A stretch of DNA of 64,000 bases from Thermoanaerobaculia bacterium (lineage in GTDB: Bacteria > Acidobacteriota > Thermoanaerobaculia > UBA5066 > Gp7-AA6): assembly GCA_036558325.1 (NCBI GenBank), contig DATBFU010000153.1, positions 4,482 to 68,481 on the forward strand, given 5' to 3'. Positions within the stretch are counted from its first letter, which is position 1; every line of letters begins with the position of its first letter. The notes beneath the pieces were generated by a model, which was not told the DNA's origin, searched no databases, and was given only the letters and a program-made list of their open reading frames with translations. A program made the position numbers and the translations under genes. Positions 36,221 to 45,183 of this stretch are shown one piece after another.

Positions 36221-37450
36221 ATGGCCACGATGCGCCCGTTCCGCGCGCTCCGCCCGCCGCCCGATCGCGCGGCCGACGTCTCCGCGGTGCCGTACGACGT
36301 CGTCTCGACGGACGAGGCCCGTTCGCTCGCGGCGGGCAATCCGCTCTCGTTCCTCCACGTTTCGCGCCCCGAGATCGATCTGCCGGACGGCATCGATCCG
36401 CACGCCGACGCCGTTTACGAGCTCGCCGCGAAGAACTTCGCCCGGCTGCGGCGCGAGGCGCCGCTCGCCCTCGACCCGGCGCCGACGCTCTCGATCTACC
36501 GGCTCCGCATGGGAGACCACGTCCAAACGGGGGTCGCGGGCTGCTCGTCGCTCGCCGAGTACGACGCGGACGTCGTCCGCAAACACGAGCGGACCCGGCG
36601 CGACAAGGAGGACGACCGGACGCGGCACATGCTGGGGCTCTCGGCGCAGACGGGCCCGGTCTTCCTGACCTACCGCGACCGCCACGAGGTCGACGCGCTC
36701 GTGGCCGAGGCCGTCGCTTCCGCGCCGCTCGCCGACTTCACCGCGCCCGACGGCGTCTCGCACACGCTCTGGCGGCTGACGCCGAAAAGCTCCGCGCGCC
36801 TCGCGAAGGCGTTCGAGGCGGTGCCGCTCCTCTACATCGCGGACGGCCACCACCGCGCGGCGAGCGCGGCCCGGGCCCGCGATGCGCGGCGCTCCGCGAA
36901 TCCCGCCCACACGGGAGCCGAGGACTACAACTTCTTCCTCACCGTGGCGTTCCCCGCCGGCCAGGTCCGGATCCTCCCGTACAACCGGCTCGTCAAGGAC
37001 CTCAACGGCCGGTCGCCGGACGCCTTTCGCGCGGAGCTCGCGCGGCTCTCTCCGCTCCGCGACGCGGCCTCCGGAACCCCCGCCCGCAAGGGCGACGTCG
37101 GCGTCTACCTCGGCGGACGCTGGAGCATGTTCGCGCTGCCGGCCGCGCCCGCCGGCGCCGCGGCCATCGAGTCGCTGGACGCCGAGCGGCTCCAGAAGCG
37201 CGTGCTGGATCCGCTGCTCGGTATCCGCGACGTGCGGACGGACAAGCGGCTCGACTTCGTGGGCGGAATCCGCGGTACGGAAGCGCTCGAGCGCGCCGTC
37301 TCTTCCGGGCGGGCCGCCGCGGCCTTCTCGATGTTTCCGGTCTCGCTCGCGGAGCTCATGGCGGTCTCCGACGCCAACGAGATCATGCCGCCCAAGTCCA
37401 CGTGGTTCGAGCCGAAGTTGCGCGACGGGCTCCTCATCCACGAGATGTGA
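36221..37450 (+). CDS. DUF1015 domain-containing protein
   Basis: N-terminus MRPFRALRPPPDRAADVSAVPYDVVS and the motif LYIADGHHR are typical of DUF1015. It is adjacent to serA, as is often seen for this family. Confidence 0.8.
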   Translation: MATMRPFRALRPPPDRAADVSAVPYDVVSTDEARSLAAGNPLSFLHVSRPEIDLPDGIDPHADAVYELAAKNFARLRREAPLALDPAPTLSIYRLRMGDHVQTGVAGCSSLAEYDADVVRKHERTRRDKEDDRTRHMLGLSAQTGPVFLTYRDRHEVDALVAEAVASAPLADFTAPDGVSHTLWRLTPKSSARLAKAFEAVPLLYIADGHHRAASAARARDARRSANPAHTGAEDYNFFLTVAFPAGQVRILPYNRLVKDLNGRSPDAFRAELARLSPLRDAASGTPARKGDVGVYLGGRWSMFALPAAPAGAAAIESLDAERLQKRVLDPLLGIRDVRTDKRLDFVGGIRGTEALERAVSSGRAAAAFSMFPVSLAELMAVSDANEIMPPKSTWFEPKLRDGLLIHEM

Positions 37451-37451
37451 C

Positions 37452-38654
37452 GTGAGAGTCCTCGTCGCCGACAAGTTCGAGAAGAGCGGGCTCGACGGTC
37501 TCGCGGCCGCGGGATTCGACGTCGTCTATCGGCCCGACGACCGCGACGACGCGCTCCGCGACACGATCCGCGAGTCGGGCGCCGAGGCGCTCGTGGTGCG
37601 CTCGACGAAGGTCTCGCGACCGATGCTGGAGGCCGGGCGCCTCGCGCTCGTCGTCCGCGCCGGCGCCGGCTACAACACGATCGACGTCGAGGCGGCGTCG
37701 GAGCGCGGGATCTACGTCGCGAACTGCCCCGGCAAGAACTCGATCGCGGTCGCGGAGCTCGCCTTCGGACTCATCCTCGCGCTCGACCGCCGCATCGTGG
37801 ATGGCGCGGCCGACCTCGCGCGCGGCGTCTGGAACAAGAAAGAGTACGCGCGGGCGCGCGGGCTCTACGGCGCGACGCTGGGTCTGCTCGGAACGGGCGG
37901 CATCGGCCAGGAGATGATCCCGCGCGCCCTCGCGTTCGGGATGCCGGTAGTCGCCTGGAGCCGGAGCCTGACGACGGAGAAGGCCCGGCTGTGGGGCGTC
38001 GATCGCAAAGCGTCGCCGCTCGAGGTCGCGTCCTCCGCCGACATCGTGTCCGTGCACCTCGCGTTGAAGCCCGAGACGCGCGGGCTCTGCGGCATCGGGT
38101 TCTTCGCCGCCATGAGGAAGGGCGCCTTCTTCGTGAACACTTCGCGCGCCGAGGTCGTCGACGAGGCGGCTCTGGAGAGCGCGGTCCGGGAAAAGGGGAT
38201 CCGCGCGGGGCTCGACGTCTTCGCGGCGGAGCCCGTCGGATCGGCCGGCGACGTCTCCGCGCCTCTCTTCGGGCTGCCCGGCGTCATCGGAACCCACCAC
38301 ATCGGCGCTTCGACGGACCAGGCGCAGGAGGCGATTGCGGCGGAGACGGTGCGCATCCTCCGCGAGTTCCGCGACACGGGCCGGCCGCCGAACGCCGTCA
38401 ACCTCGCGCGCAAGTCGCCCGCGACTCACCTCCTCGTCGTGCGGCACTACGACCGCGTCGGCGTTCTGGCCGCCGTCTTCCTTCGCCTCAAGGAGGCGGG
38501 GATCAACGTTCAGGAAACGGAGAATGTCGTTTTCGACGGCGCCCGTGCCGCGATCGCGCGCATCCACGTGGATCGCGAGCCGCCGGCGGAGACGCTGGAG
38601 GCCATCCGGAGCGCCACGCCCGACGTCATCGAGCTTTCGGTGCTTCCCCTCTGA
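37452..38654 (+). CDS. serA: D-3-phosphoglycerate dehydrogenase with C-terminal ACT domain
   Basis: The Rossmann motif GLLGTGGIGQEM and an ACT-like tail HLLVVRHYDRVGVLAAVFLRLKEAGINV. GTG start 2 nt after the DUF1015 stop. Confidence 0.85.
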   Translation: MRVLVADKFEKSGLDGLAAAGFDVVYRPDDRDDALRDTIRESGAEALVVRSTKVSRPMLEAGRLALVVRAGAGYNTIDVEAASERGIYVANCPGKNSIAVAELAFGLILALDRRIVDGAADLARGVWNKKEYARARGLYGATLGLLGTGGIGQEMIPRALAFGMPVVAWSRSLTTEKARLWGVDRKASPLEVASSADIVSVHLALKPETRGLCGIGFFAAMRKGAFFVNTSRAEVVDEAALESAVREKGIRAGLDVFAAEPVGSAGDVSAPLFGLPGVIGTHHIGASTDQAQEAIAAETVRILREFRDTGRPPNAVNLARKSPATHLLVVRHYDRVGVLAAVFLRLKEAGINVQETENVVFDGARAAIARIHVDREPPAETLEAIRSATPDVIELSVLPL

Positions 38655-41448
38655 CCGGACCCGGCGGCGGCAGATCGTTCCAGTTCATCAGCGTGTTCCA
38701 GACGAACCGGAAGTCCGAGGGCGTCATGCACCGGTGGATCGGGTCGAAGTCGAACGCGACGACGCGCCCCTTTCCCGTCGGCAGATCGAGGATCGCGGGC
38801 TTCCCGACGAGGTCGTCGCCGCCCTTGATGCCGCCGCTCAGGACGAGCTCGGGCTCTTCCGTCTTCGGCTTGGCGCCCGAGCCGGCCGCGCTCGCCGCCG
38901 ACTCCGCGGGCGCGTCGTCGTCCTTCGAAATCTTCGCGCCCCACTGCAGCACGATGCGTCCTTCCTCCGGCCGCCGTACGCGATAGACGGTCCGTTCCTC
39001 CCGGAAGGCCGACGTGATCTCGGGATATCCGTACGCGATCGGATGTTCGGGACGCCGGAAGCGCGCCGTGAGCTCGCTGCCGGGGGTGTAAGCCTTGCCC
39101 CCCGCGCGGCGCACGTCGCGGGCGATCCCGCCGTCGAGCGCCAGCGTCGAGGCGCCGCCGAGCGTCACGAGGACGCCGCCGCCCCGCACGAACTCCTCGA
39201 GGTTTCCGACGCCGGCCCAGGTCAACCCGCCCGTGATGTCGGACGAAGAGGTCGGCGTTCCGAGGCTCGGGAAATCGGCCGTCCGCTCGTAGGGGAGCGG
39301 AGAGAACTTCGGATCGATGCCCCCCACGATCGCCTTGAGGCTCTGGTCCGTGTTGGGAAAGAGGACGACGTCGAAGCGGCCGCCGAGCTTGCCCGCGCGC
39401 ACGTCTTCGTCCTGAATGAGCGTGTATGGAATCTTCCGCTCGTCGAAGAGCAGGCGGACCCAGCCGGCCGACTGCGTGTCGTTCCAGGTCTGCAGCACCG
39501 CGAGCCGCGGGAAGTCGAGCTCGTGGCGGGCGACGGAGGGGACGGACGGAGTCGAACGGAGGTCGAGGCCGAGGTCGGCGGCGACGCGACCGAGCGCCGG
39601 CGCGAGGCCGGGCTGCGACGCGATCACCCACGATCCCGCGGGAAAATCGCGGCCGCCCGTGGAGAACGGCTTCTCCGCCGCCTCGATCCGGAAGCCGGCG
39701 AGGCGAACGCGCGCCTCGAGGAGCGCGTCCTGGCCCGTGTCCGCGAGCAGAAACACCGGGCCCCCGCCTTCGACGCGCCCGGGCAGGGCCACCGCCGCGG
39801 TGACCGGCTCGACCGCGACGCTGCGGACGGCGGCGTCGCCGATCGTCTTGACGTCGACGCCGAACGTCTGCGGGAGCGCCCAGGCCACGTCGTCGTACGG
39901 CGGGTAGAGCGCCTTGTCGGCGGGATACCTCTGCGGGGTCAGCAGGTCGAGCGCGTACCCGCGGTACGGCTGGTCCATCCGCACGAGGAACGTGCCCGCG
40001 GGAAAGCTCCCCTCCGCGACCCGAAATGCGGCCTTCGCGCGGGAGACCTCGATGCCGTGCGCCCGCAGCAGATCGACCGCCGCCGCGAGCCGGCCGCGGT
40101 CTCTCTGCGCCTCCGGAAGGGCGATCGCATACGGCTTTTCGGTCTCGCCTTTCTTCACGGCGTTGCGGCCGCGGCGCCAGAAGTTGCGCATCATCGAAGA
40201 CGCGTTCGACGCGGCATAGTCGAGCGCCGCGAGCACGCCCGTCTCCATGTAGTTGGTGTTGTCGCGCAGCGACCACCGGAACTTCTTCGGCGGCGGCAGC
40301 GTCCGGTACCAGTCGGGATCCGTGACGGGCTTGCCCGTGTATTCCTCCTCGTCCGGCTCGAGAACGCGCTCGACGGTCTCCGCCGTTCCGTTGCCGAACG
40401 TCTCGTAGCCGCGGCCGATCGCGTTGTGGTTCGTCGCCACGGAGTCCGCGTAGATCTGCGAGAAGCCCTCCCCGAAACCCCACGTCCACACGCCCGGCAT
40501 CCCGAGCGCGGTCAGCTCCGTGACCTCGTGGAACGCGATGGCGTGCCACTCGGTCGTGGCGATCGGATCCAGATGGACGTTGTAGGGGCCCGTCCCCGTC
40601 CAGATCGAGAGCAGCGGGATCGACTCGTGAAGATCGTGGAAGACGATCGGATGCCAGGCGAGGAAGGCGTCCTCGGAAGCGCGCGTGAGGGCGAGCCGGC
40701 GCTGGATGAGGTCGCGATTGTTGTCGTGTCCCGCGTACTTGCCCCAGTACGGAGGATCGATCGGCGGGAGGTTCTCCCAGTCGGTCTTTCCCTTGAGGTG
40801 GCGGTAGAACCAGTCCACCGCCCGGTCCCGCCCGTCGGGCTCGGCGCAGGGATTGATGAGCACGACGAGCTTCTCGCGGATGCGGGCGACGCGCGGATCG
40901 TCGGACACGGCGAGCCGGTAGGCGAGCTCCATCAGCATCTCGGGGCTGCCGGTCTCTGTCGAGTGGAGGCCGCCCTGGAGCCAGTAGAACGGTCGTGCGC
41001 GAGAGACGATGTCCTCCATCGCCGCCTCGTCGGTCCTGCGCGGATCGGCGAGCGCCGCCATGCGTGCGCGCTCGTCGGCGGCTCCGGCGAGGTTCTCCCC
41101 GACGAGAACGAGGAGGATCTCGCGTCCCTCCTCGCTCTTCCCGATCGTCTCGACGCGGACGCGCGGGGTCGCCGCGGCGAGCGCGCGGTAGTAGGCGTAG
41201 ATCCGGTCCGTGCGCGTCAGCTCGCCGGGCGCCCCGACGACGTGGCCGAGGAACTTGGTCGGCGAGGGAACGGCGGCCGACGCCGGCAGGTCCTGCACCC
41301 ACGGCGAGAGGAACCGCGGCTCCGTCGTGGCCGCGGCGATGGCCTCGCGCGTGCCGGGCTCGGGAGTGTCGGCCGGAGCGGCGGCGATGCCGGCGGAGAT
41401 CGAGAGCAGCGTTTCGAAGACCGCGGCGGCGCATCGGGTGCTTGTCAT
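38626..41448 (-). CDS. M14 family zinc carboxypeptidase-like protein, large multidomain, secreted
   Basis: Zn-binding HxxE context WLQGGLHSTETGSPEMLMELAYRL. Signal-like N-terminus from ATG 41448. Its 3' end overlaps the serA 3' end by 29 nt (convergent). Confidence 0.8.
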   Translation of the reverse strand: MTSTRCAAAVFETLLSISAGIAAAPADTPEPGTREAIAAATTEPRFLSPWVQDLPASAAVPSPTKFLGHVVGAPGELTRTDRIYAYYRALAAATPRVRVETIGKSEEGREILLVLVGENLAGAADERARMAALADPRRTDEAAMEDIVSRARPFYWLQGGLHSTETGSPEMLMELAYRLAVSDDPRVARIREKLVVLINPCAEPDGRDRAVDWFYRHLKGKTDWENLPPIDPPYWGKYAGHDNNRDLIQRRLALTRASEDAFLAWHPIVFHDLHESIPLLSIWTGTGPYNVHLDPIATTEWHAIAFHEVTELTALGMPGVWTWGFGEGFSQIYADSVATNHNAIGRGYETFGNGTAETVERVLEPDEEEYTGKPVTDPDWYRTLPPPKKFRWSLRDNTNYMETGVLAALDYAASNASSMMRNFWRRGRNAVKKGETEKPYAIALPEAQRDRGRLAAAVDLLRAHGIEVSRAKAAFRVAEGSFPAGTFLVRMDQPYRGYALDLLTPQRYPADKALYPPYDDVAWALPQTFGVDVKTIGDAAVRSVAVEPVTAAVALPGRVEGGGPVFLLADTGQDALLEARVRLAGFRIEAAEKPFSTGGRDFPAGSWVIASQPGLAPALGRVAADLGLDLRSTPSVPSVARHELDFPRLAVLQTWNDTQSAGWVRLLFDERKIPYTLIQDEDVRAGKLGGRFDVVLFPNTDQSLKAIVGGIDPKFSPLPYERTADFPSLGTPTSSSDITGGLTWAGVGNLEEFVRGGGVLVTLGGASTLALDGGIARDVRRAGGKAYTPGSELTARFRRPEHPIAYGYPEITSAFREERTVYRVRRPEEGRIVLQWGAKISKDDDAPAESAASAAGSGAKPKTEEPELVLSGGIKGGDDLVGKPAILDLPTGKGRVVAFDFDPIHRCMTPSDFRFVWNTLMNWNDLPPPGPVRGEAPKAR

Positions 41449-41525
41449 GCGCGCGCATTCTACGGGCGAACGGACGGACTCCCCTTTTATACTTCCCACC
41501 TCCTGACGCCGAAGAGGAGGGACGA

Positions 41526-42626
41526 ATGGCGACCACCGCGACGACCCGCATCTTCAACTTCGGAGCCGGACCGGCCGTTCTGCCCGAGCCGGTCCTCGCC
41601 GAGGCTCAGCGCGATCTGCCGGCGCTGCCGGGCGTCGGCATGTCGGTCCTCGAGATCAGCCACCGCTCGAAGACGTTCGACGAGATTCTCCAGGGCTGCG
41701 AGGCGGACTTGCGGAAGCTCGCCGGCATTCCGTCCAACTACCGCGTCCTCTTCCTCCAGGGCGGCGCGACCCTCCAGTTCTCCATGGTGCCGATGAACCT
41801 GCTGCCGGCCGGAGGCTCGGCCGACTACATCGTGACCGGCGTCTGGGGACAGAAGGCGGTCAAGGAAGCCCAGAAGGCCGGTGCGGTGCGCGTGCTCGCG
41901 CCGACCGAATCCGAAGGCTTCACCCGCATCCCCGAGACGGGCGAGCTCGCCCTCGACCCGAAGGCCGCCTACGCCCACTACACCTCGAACGAGACGATCC
42001 AGGGCGTCGAATGGCCGCGCGAGCCGGAGGCGGGCGCCGTCCCGCTCGTCTGCGACGCCTCCTCGGACATCCTGAGCCGCCCGATCGACGTCGCGAAGTA
42101 CGCGCTGATCTATGCCGGCGCGCAGAAGAACCTCGGTCCTTCGGGCGTGACCCTCGTGATCCTCCGGGAGGATCTGTTGGCGCGCTCGCCGAAAAATCTT
42201 CCGACGATGCTCGACTACAACGCGCACGCGAAGGAGAAGTCCCTCTACAACACGCCGCCCGTCTTCGGCATCTACATCATGCGTCTGACGATGAAGTGGC
42301 TCCTCGCCGAAGGCGGCGTCGACGCCATGGCGCGCCGCAACGCCGAGAAGGCGAAGATCCTGTATGACGCGATCGACGCCTCCGGCGGCTTCTACCGCGG
42401 TCACGCGAGACCCGACAGCCGGTCGAAGATGAACGTCACCTTCCGCCTGCCGTCGGAGGATCTCGAAGCGAAGTTCGTGTCCGAGACGAAAGCCGCGGGC
42501 CTCGACGGGTTGAAGGGACATCGCTCCGTCGGCGGGATCCGCGCCTCGCTTTACAACGCGTTCCCAAAGGCGGGCGCCGAAGCCCTGGCGGCCTTCATGA
42601 AGGAGTTCCGGCAGCGCAACGGCTGA
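41526..42626 (+). CDS. serC: 3-phosphoserine / phosphohydroxythreonine aminotransferase
   Basis: FNFGAGPAVLPEPVL, SHRSKTF and FLQGGATLQF motifs. GAGGAGGG Shine-Dalgarno upstream. Confidence 0.9.
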   Translation: MATTATTRIFNFGAGPAVLPEPVLAEAQRDLPALPGVGMSVLEISHRSKTFDEILQGCEADLRKLAGIPSNYRVLFLQGGATLQFSMVPMNLLPAGGSADYIVTGVWGQKAVKEAQKAGAVRVLAPTESEGFTRIPETGELALDPKAAYAHYTSNETIQGVEWPREPEAGAVPLVCDASSDILSRPIDVAKYALIYAGAQKNLGPSGVTLVILREDLLARSPKNLPTMLDYNAHAKEKSLYNTPPVFGIYIMRLTMKWLLAEGGVDAMARRNAEKAKILYDAIDASGGFYRGHARPDSRSKMNVTFRLPSEDLEAKFVSETKAAGLDGLKGHRSVGGIRASLYNAFPKAGAEALAAFMKEFRQRNG

Positions 42627-42629
42627 GCG

Positions 42630-42655
42630 GCCGACCGGCTGAGAGGCCGATCGGC
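42630..42655 (+). terminator. Hairpin downstream of serC (9 of 10 bp stem), terminator candidate
   Basis: GCCGACCGGC-tgagag-GCCGATCGGC, starting 4 nt after the stop. There is no clear U-tract (gaatttccc follows). Confidence 0.35.
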
Positions 42656-42760
42656 GAATTTCCCGCGGCCGCGGCGGACAAGAACCCGGGCGACGCGTCT
42701 TCGTAGCAACCCCCAGGGTTTCGCGCGTCCGTCCGGCGCCGGACCTGGAGGGAGGGGTTC

Positions 42761-43807
42761 ATGCGCACGTTCACCCGCACCGCGGTGTCTTTCGTCCTCG
42801 GTCTTTCCCCGTTCGTCCTCGTGGCCCAGGTTCCCCCGATCGTGCTCCCGCAGGCGAGCCCGGAGGCCTCCGTCGCGCAGACGGTTGGCCTGACGGAGAT
42901 CACGATCCACTACCACCGTCCCGCCGTCGCCAAACGGAAGATCTGGGGCGCGCTCGTGCCCTACGGCGAGGTCTGGAGGGCGGGGGCCAACGAGAACACG
43001 ACGATCACCTTCAGCTCGCCGGTTTCGGTCGAAGGCCAGAAGCTGGCCGCCGGGACCTACGGGCTCCACATGATCCCGACCGAGAAACAGTGGGCGATCG
43101 CTTTCAGCAACGTCTCGATCGCCTGGGGAAGCTTCAGCTACGACCCGAAGGAAGACGCGCTGCGCGTGACGGTCGATCCCGAAAAGAGTCCGTTCGAAGA
43201 GCGTCTCTCCTACCGGTTCGAGGATCCGACGGACACGTCGGTGCGCCTGGTCCTGCGATGGGAGGAGGTCGCCGTTCCGATCCGCATCACCGTGGACACG
43301 CCCGCCGTCGTCGTCGAGAGCCTTCGCGCGCAGCTCCGCGGCCTTCCGCGCTTCTCCTGGCAGGGTTGGAACGCGGCCGCCGCCTACTGTCTGAAGAACG
43401 GCGTGAACCTCGACGAGGCGTCGGCGTGGGCGGACCGGTCCGTCTCGATGAACCAGAACTTCACGAATCTCCGCACGAAGGCCGGTCTCCTCGAGGCGAA
43501 GGGCGACGCGAAAGGCGCCGCCGAACTGCGCGCGAAGGCGATGCAGGTGGCGACGGAAACCGACATCAACCTGTACGGCTATCAGCTCCTCGGCGAGAAG
43601 AAGTACGACGAGGCGATCGCGGTCTTCCAGAAAAACGTCAAGGACTATCCGAAGTCCTGGAACACCTACGACAGCCTCGGCGAGGCGTACCTCGCCAAGG
43701 GCGATAAGAAGCAGGCGGCGGACCTCTACGGCAAGGCGATGGCGATGACCTCGGACGACGCGCAGAAGAAGCGCATCGCGGACATCCTCGCCCGCATCAA
43801 GGCGTGA
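42761..43807 (+). CDS. DUF2911 domain protein with C-terminal TPR region, secreted
   Basis: Signal peptide, then ITIHYHRPAVAKRKIWGALVPYGEVWRAGANENTTITF (DUF2911 signature). The TPR-like tail reads YDEAIAVFQKNVKDYPKSWNTYDSLGEAYLAKGDKKQA. Confidence 0.75.
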   Translation: MRTFTRTAVSFVLGLSPFVLVAQVPPIVLPQASPEASVAQTVGLTEITIHYHRPAVAKRKIWGALVPYGEVWRAGANENTTITFSSPVSVEGQKLAAGTYGLHMIPTEKQWAIAFSNVSIAWGSFSYDPKEDALRVTVDPEKSPFEERLSYRFEDPTDTSVRLVLRWEEVAVPIRITVDTPAVVVESLRAQLRGLPRFSWQGWNAAAAYCLKNGVNLDEASAWADRSVSMNQNFTNLRTKAGLLEAKGDAKGAAELRAKAMQVATETDINLYGYQLLGEKKYDEAIAVFQKNVKDYPKSWNTYDSLGEAYLAKGDKKQAADLYGKAMAMTSDDAQKKRIADILARIKA

Positions 43808-43840
43808 CTGTCGCGCCGCGGGCGCCGCGCGAGCGCGGCG

Positions 43841-44173
43841 TCAGGTGCGTCGCCCGAGAGTCTGGCGGTTGACGCGCTTGATGAGGGCGTCGAGGCGCTC
43901 GAGGATGTCGAAGACCTGCGCCGGGCCGTCGATCGCGCGGCAGGTGAACGTGACCTGCCGCGCGGGCGCGTCGAGCCGAAGCCGGCGAAAGGCCGTCGAG
44001 TCGGCCTGGAGGATGCGGTAGGCCTCGGCCCAGACTTCGTCGATCGGACCGATGAGCGCGACCGAATAGCGCATGTCGGTTCCGGACGGCTCGCCTTTGA
44101 GCGTCGAGTGATCGACGCTCACCATCGAAAGCCTCTGGTCATCCAGGACACCGCTCAATGTCGCCTCCGTCAA
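43841..44173 (-). CDS. Hypothetical protein (94-110 aa)
   Basis: Third codon positions are mostly G/C, like the neighbouring genes. I recognise no family. ATG 44125 is preceded by AGAGG at suitable spacing; the track starts at TTG 44173. Confidence 0.45.
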   Translation of the reverse strand: MTEATLSGVLDDQRLSMVSVDHSTLKGEPSGTDMRYSVALIGPIDEVWAEAYRILQADSTAFRRLRLDAPARQVTFTCRAIDGPAQVFDILERLDALIKRVNRQTLGRRT

Positions 44174-44380
44174 CGCTTCAGGCTCGGTTGAGACACCCGT
44201 CCCGCTCGATTACTCAGAGGACGCAAGAGCGCGGCCAGGGTGAAAGTCATTGAATCCAAGGCTTTTCTTCGGACGCTCCCCGCGAGGGACAGGCCGGCCT
44301 CGTTACCGGAGGTAACGCTCGAGCAGGGCCCGAAAGTGCCATCGGCCGCCCGCTCGGGCTCGCTCGGCTCCCCGGACGGG

Positions 44381-45136
44381 TCACGAACGCCGCGGCGACG
44401 CGGCGAGCACGCCCATGTAGAGACCGTACGCGGCGAGGCCCGCGGCGACGACGCCGGCGATCGCGGCGCCGCCGACGGAAGAGGCCGCGAGCACCCTGAG
44501 CGCGCCGCCCACCTCGCGAAGCTCTCGCGGATCGAGATCCCGCGCCACGCGCACCTGGAAGACGCCGATCACGACGAGCACGACCCCCCGAGCGGCGAGA
44601 CCGAAGCGCGCCGTGCGATGCGCGAAACGCGCCGCGTCGCGCGGCAGCCAGCCCGCGGCGAAGCGCTGGCGCAGGCGCCCCGTAACTCCCTGCCAGATCT
44701 CCGAGACGCCGCCCGCCACGGTGAGGATGCCCGCGATCTCGATCGCGGCGACTCCCCACGGCCGCTCGAGAAGCCAGGCGAGCGCGGTGCGGGACCACGC
44801 CGGCCCGCGTGCGTGCAGGCGCGCGAGCGCCGAGAGCATGCTGCCGGCGAGCGCGGCGTATCCGGCGGCGCTCGCGAGATGGCCGGCGCGGCGCGCGAGG
44901 CCTCGGCGGCGGCGCACCTGCGAGACATGCCACACGGCAAATCCGGCGAGGCCCACCGCGACGGCGATCGCGAGGACGCGGCCGTGGGGCGTGCGAAGGA
45001 TCAGCCGGACCGCCCCCGGCACGCCCGACGGATCCCGGACGCCCAGAATCGCGACCCTCGCCGACGCCACGCCGAGCGCGACGTACAACACTCCGGCGGC
45101 GGCGAACCCGATGCGCGCCAGCGCCTGCGATCTCAC
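44381..45136 (-). CDS. DUF1206 domain-containing membrane protein
   Basis: Repeated hydrophobic hairpins (IGFAAAGVLYVALGV, LAIAVAVGLAGFAVWHV, FGLAARGVVLVVIGVF). There is no ATG, so I propose GTG 45136. The upstream part of track ORF ..45523 is Arg/Ala-rich junk. Confidence 0.6.
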   Translation of the reverse strand: MRSQALARIGFAAAGVLYVALGVASARVAILGVRDPSGVPGAVRLILRTPHGRVLAIAVAVGLAGFAVWHVSQVRRRRGLARRAGHLASAAGYAALAGSMLSALARLHARGPAWSRTALAWLLERPWGVAAIEIAGILTVAGGVSEIWQGVTGRLRQRFAAGWLPRDAARFAHRTARFGLAARGVVLVVIGVFQVRVARDLDPRELREVGGALRVLAASSVGGAAIAGVVAAGLAAYGLYMGVLAASPRRS

Positions 45137-45170
45137 GGCGGGGATCTTAAGATGGCCCCCCTCCGCCCGA

Positions 45171-45176
45171 TAGAAT
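45171..45176 (+). promoter_or_regulatory. -10-like hexamer TAGAAT 7 nt upstream of ATG 45184 (leaderless-type arrangement)
   Basis: gaTAGAATcccccgaATG with no Shine-Dalgarno. Confidence 0.4.
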
Positions 45177-45183
45177 CCCCCGA

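Noticed and set aside
38335-41796. 1153-aa plus-strand ORF and 1015-aa minus-strand ORF (38510-41557) across the M14 peptidase gene
   Set aside because: Only the 38626-41499 frame gives a protein-like sequence with the HxxE zinc motif. The others are low-complexity alternative frames.
44325-44345. Sigma-54-like GG-N10-GC element (minus strand tGGCACtttcggGCc)
   Set aside because: Only the GG/GC dinucleotides match and the -12 region lacks TTGC. It lies over 150 nt from the nearest start codon, and no enhancer-binding protein gene is nearby.
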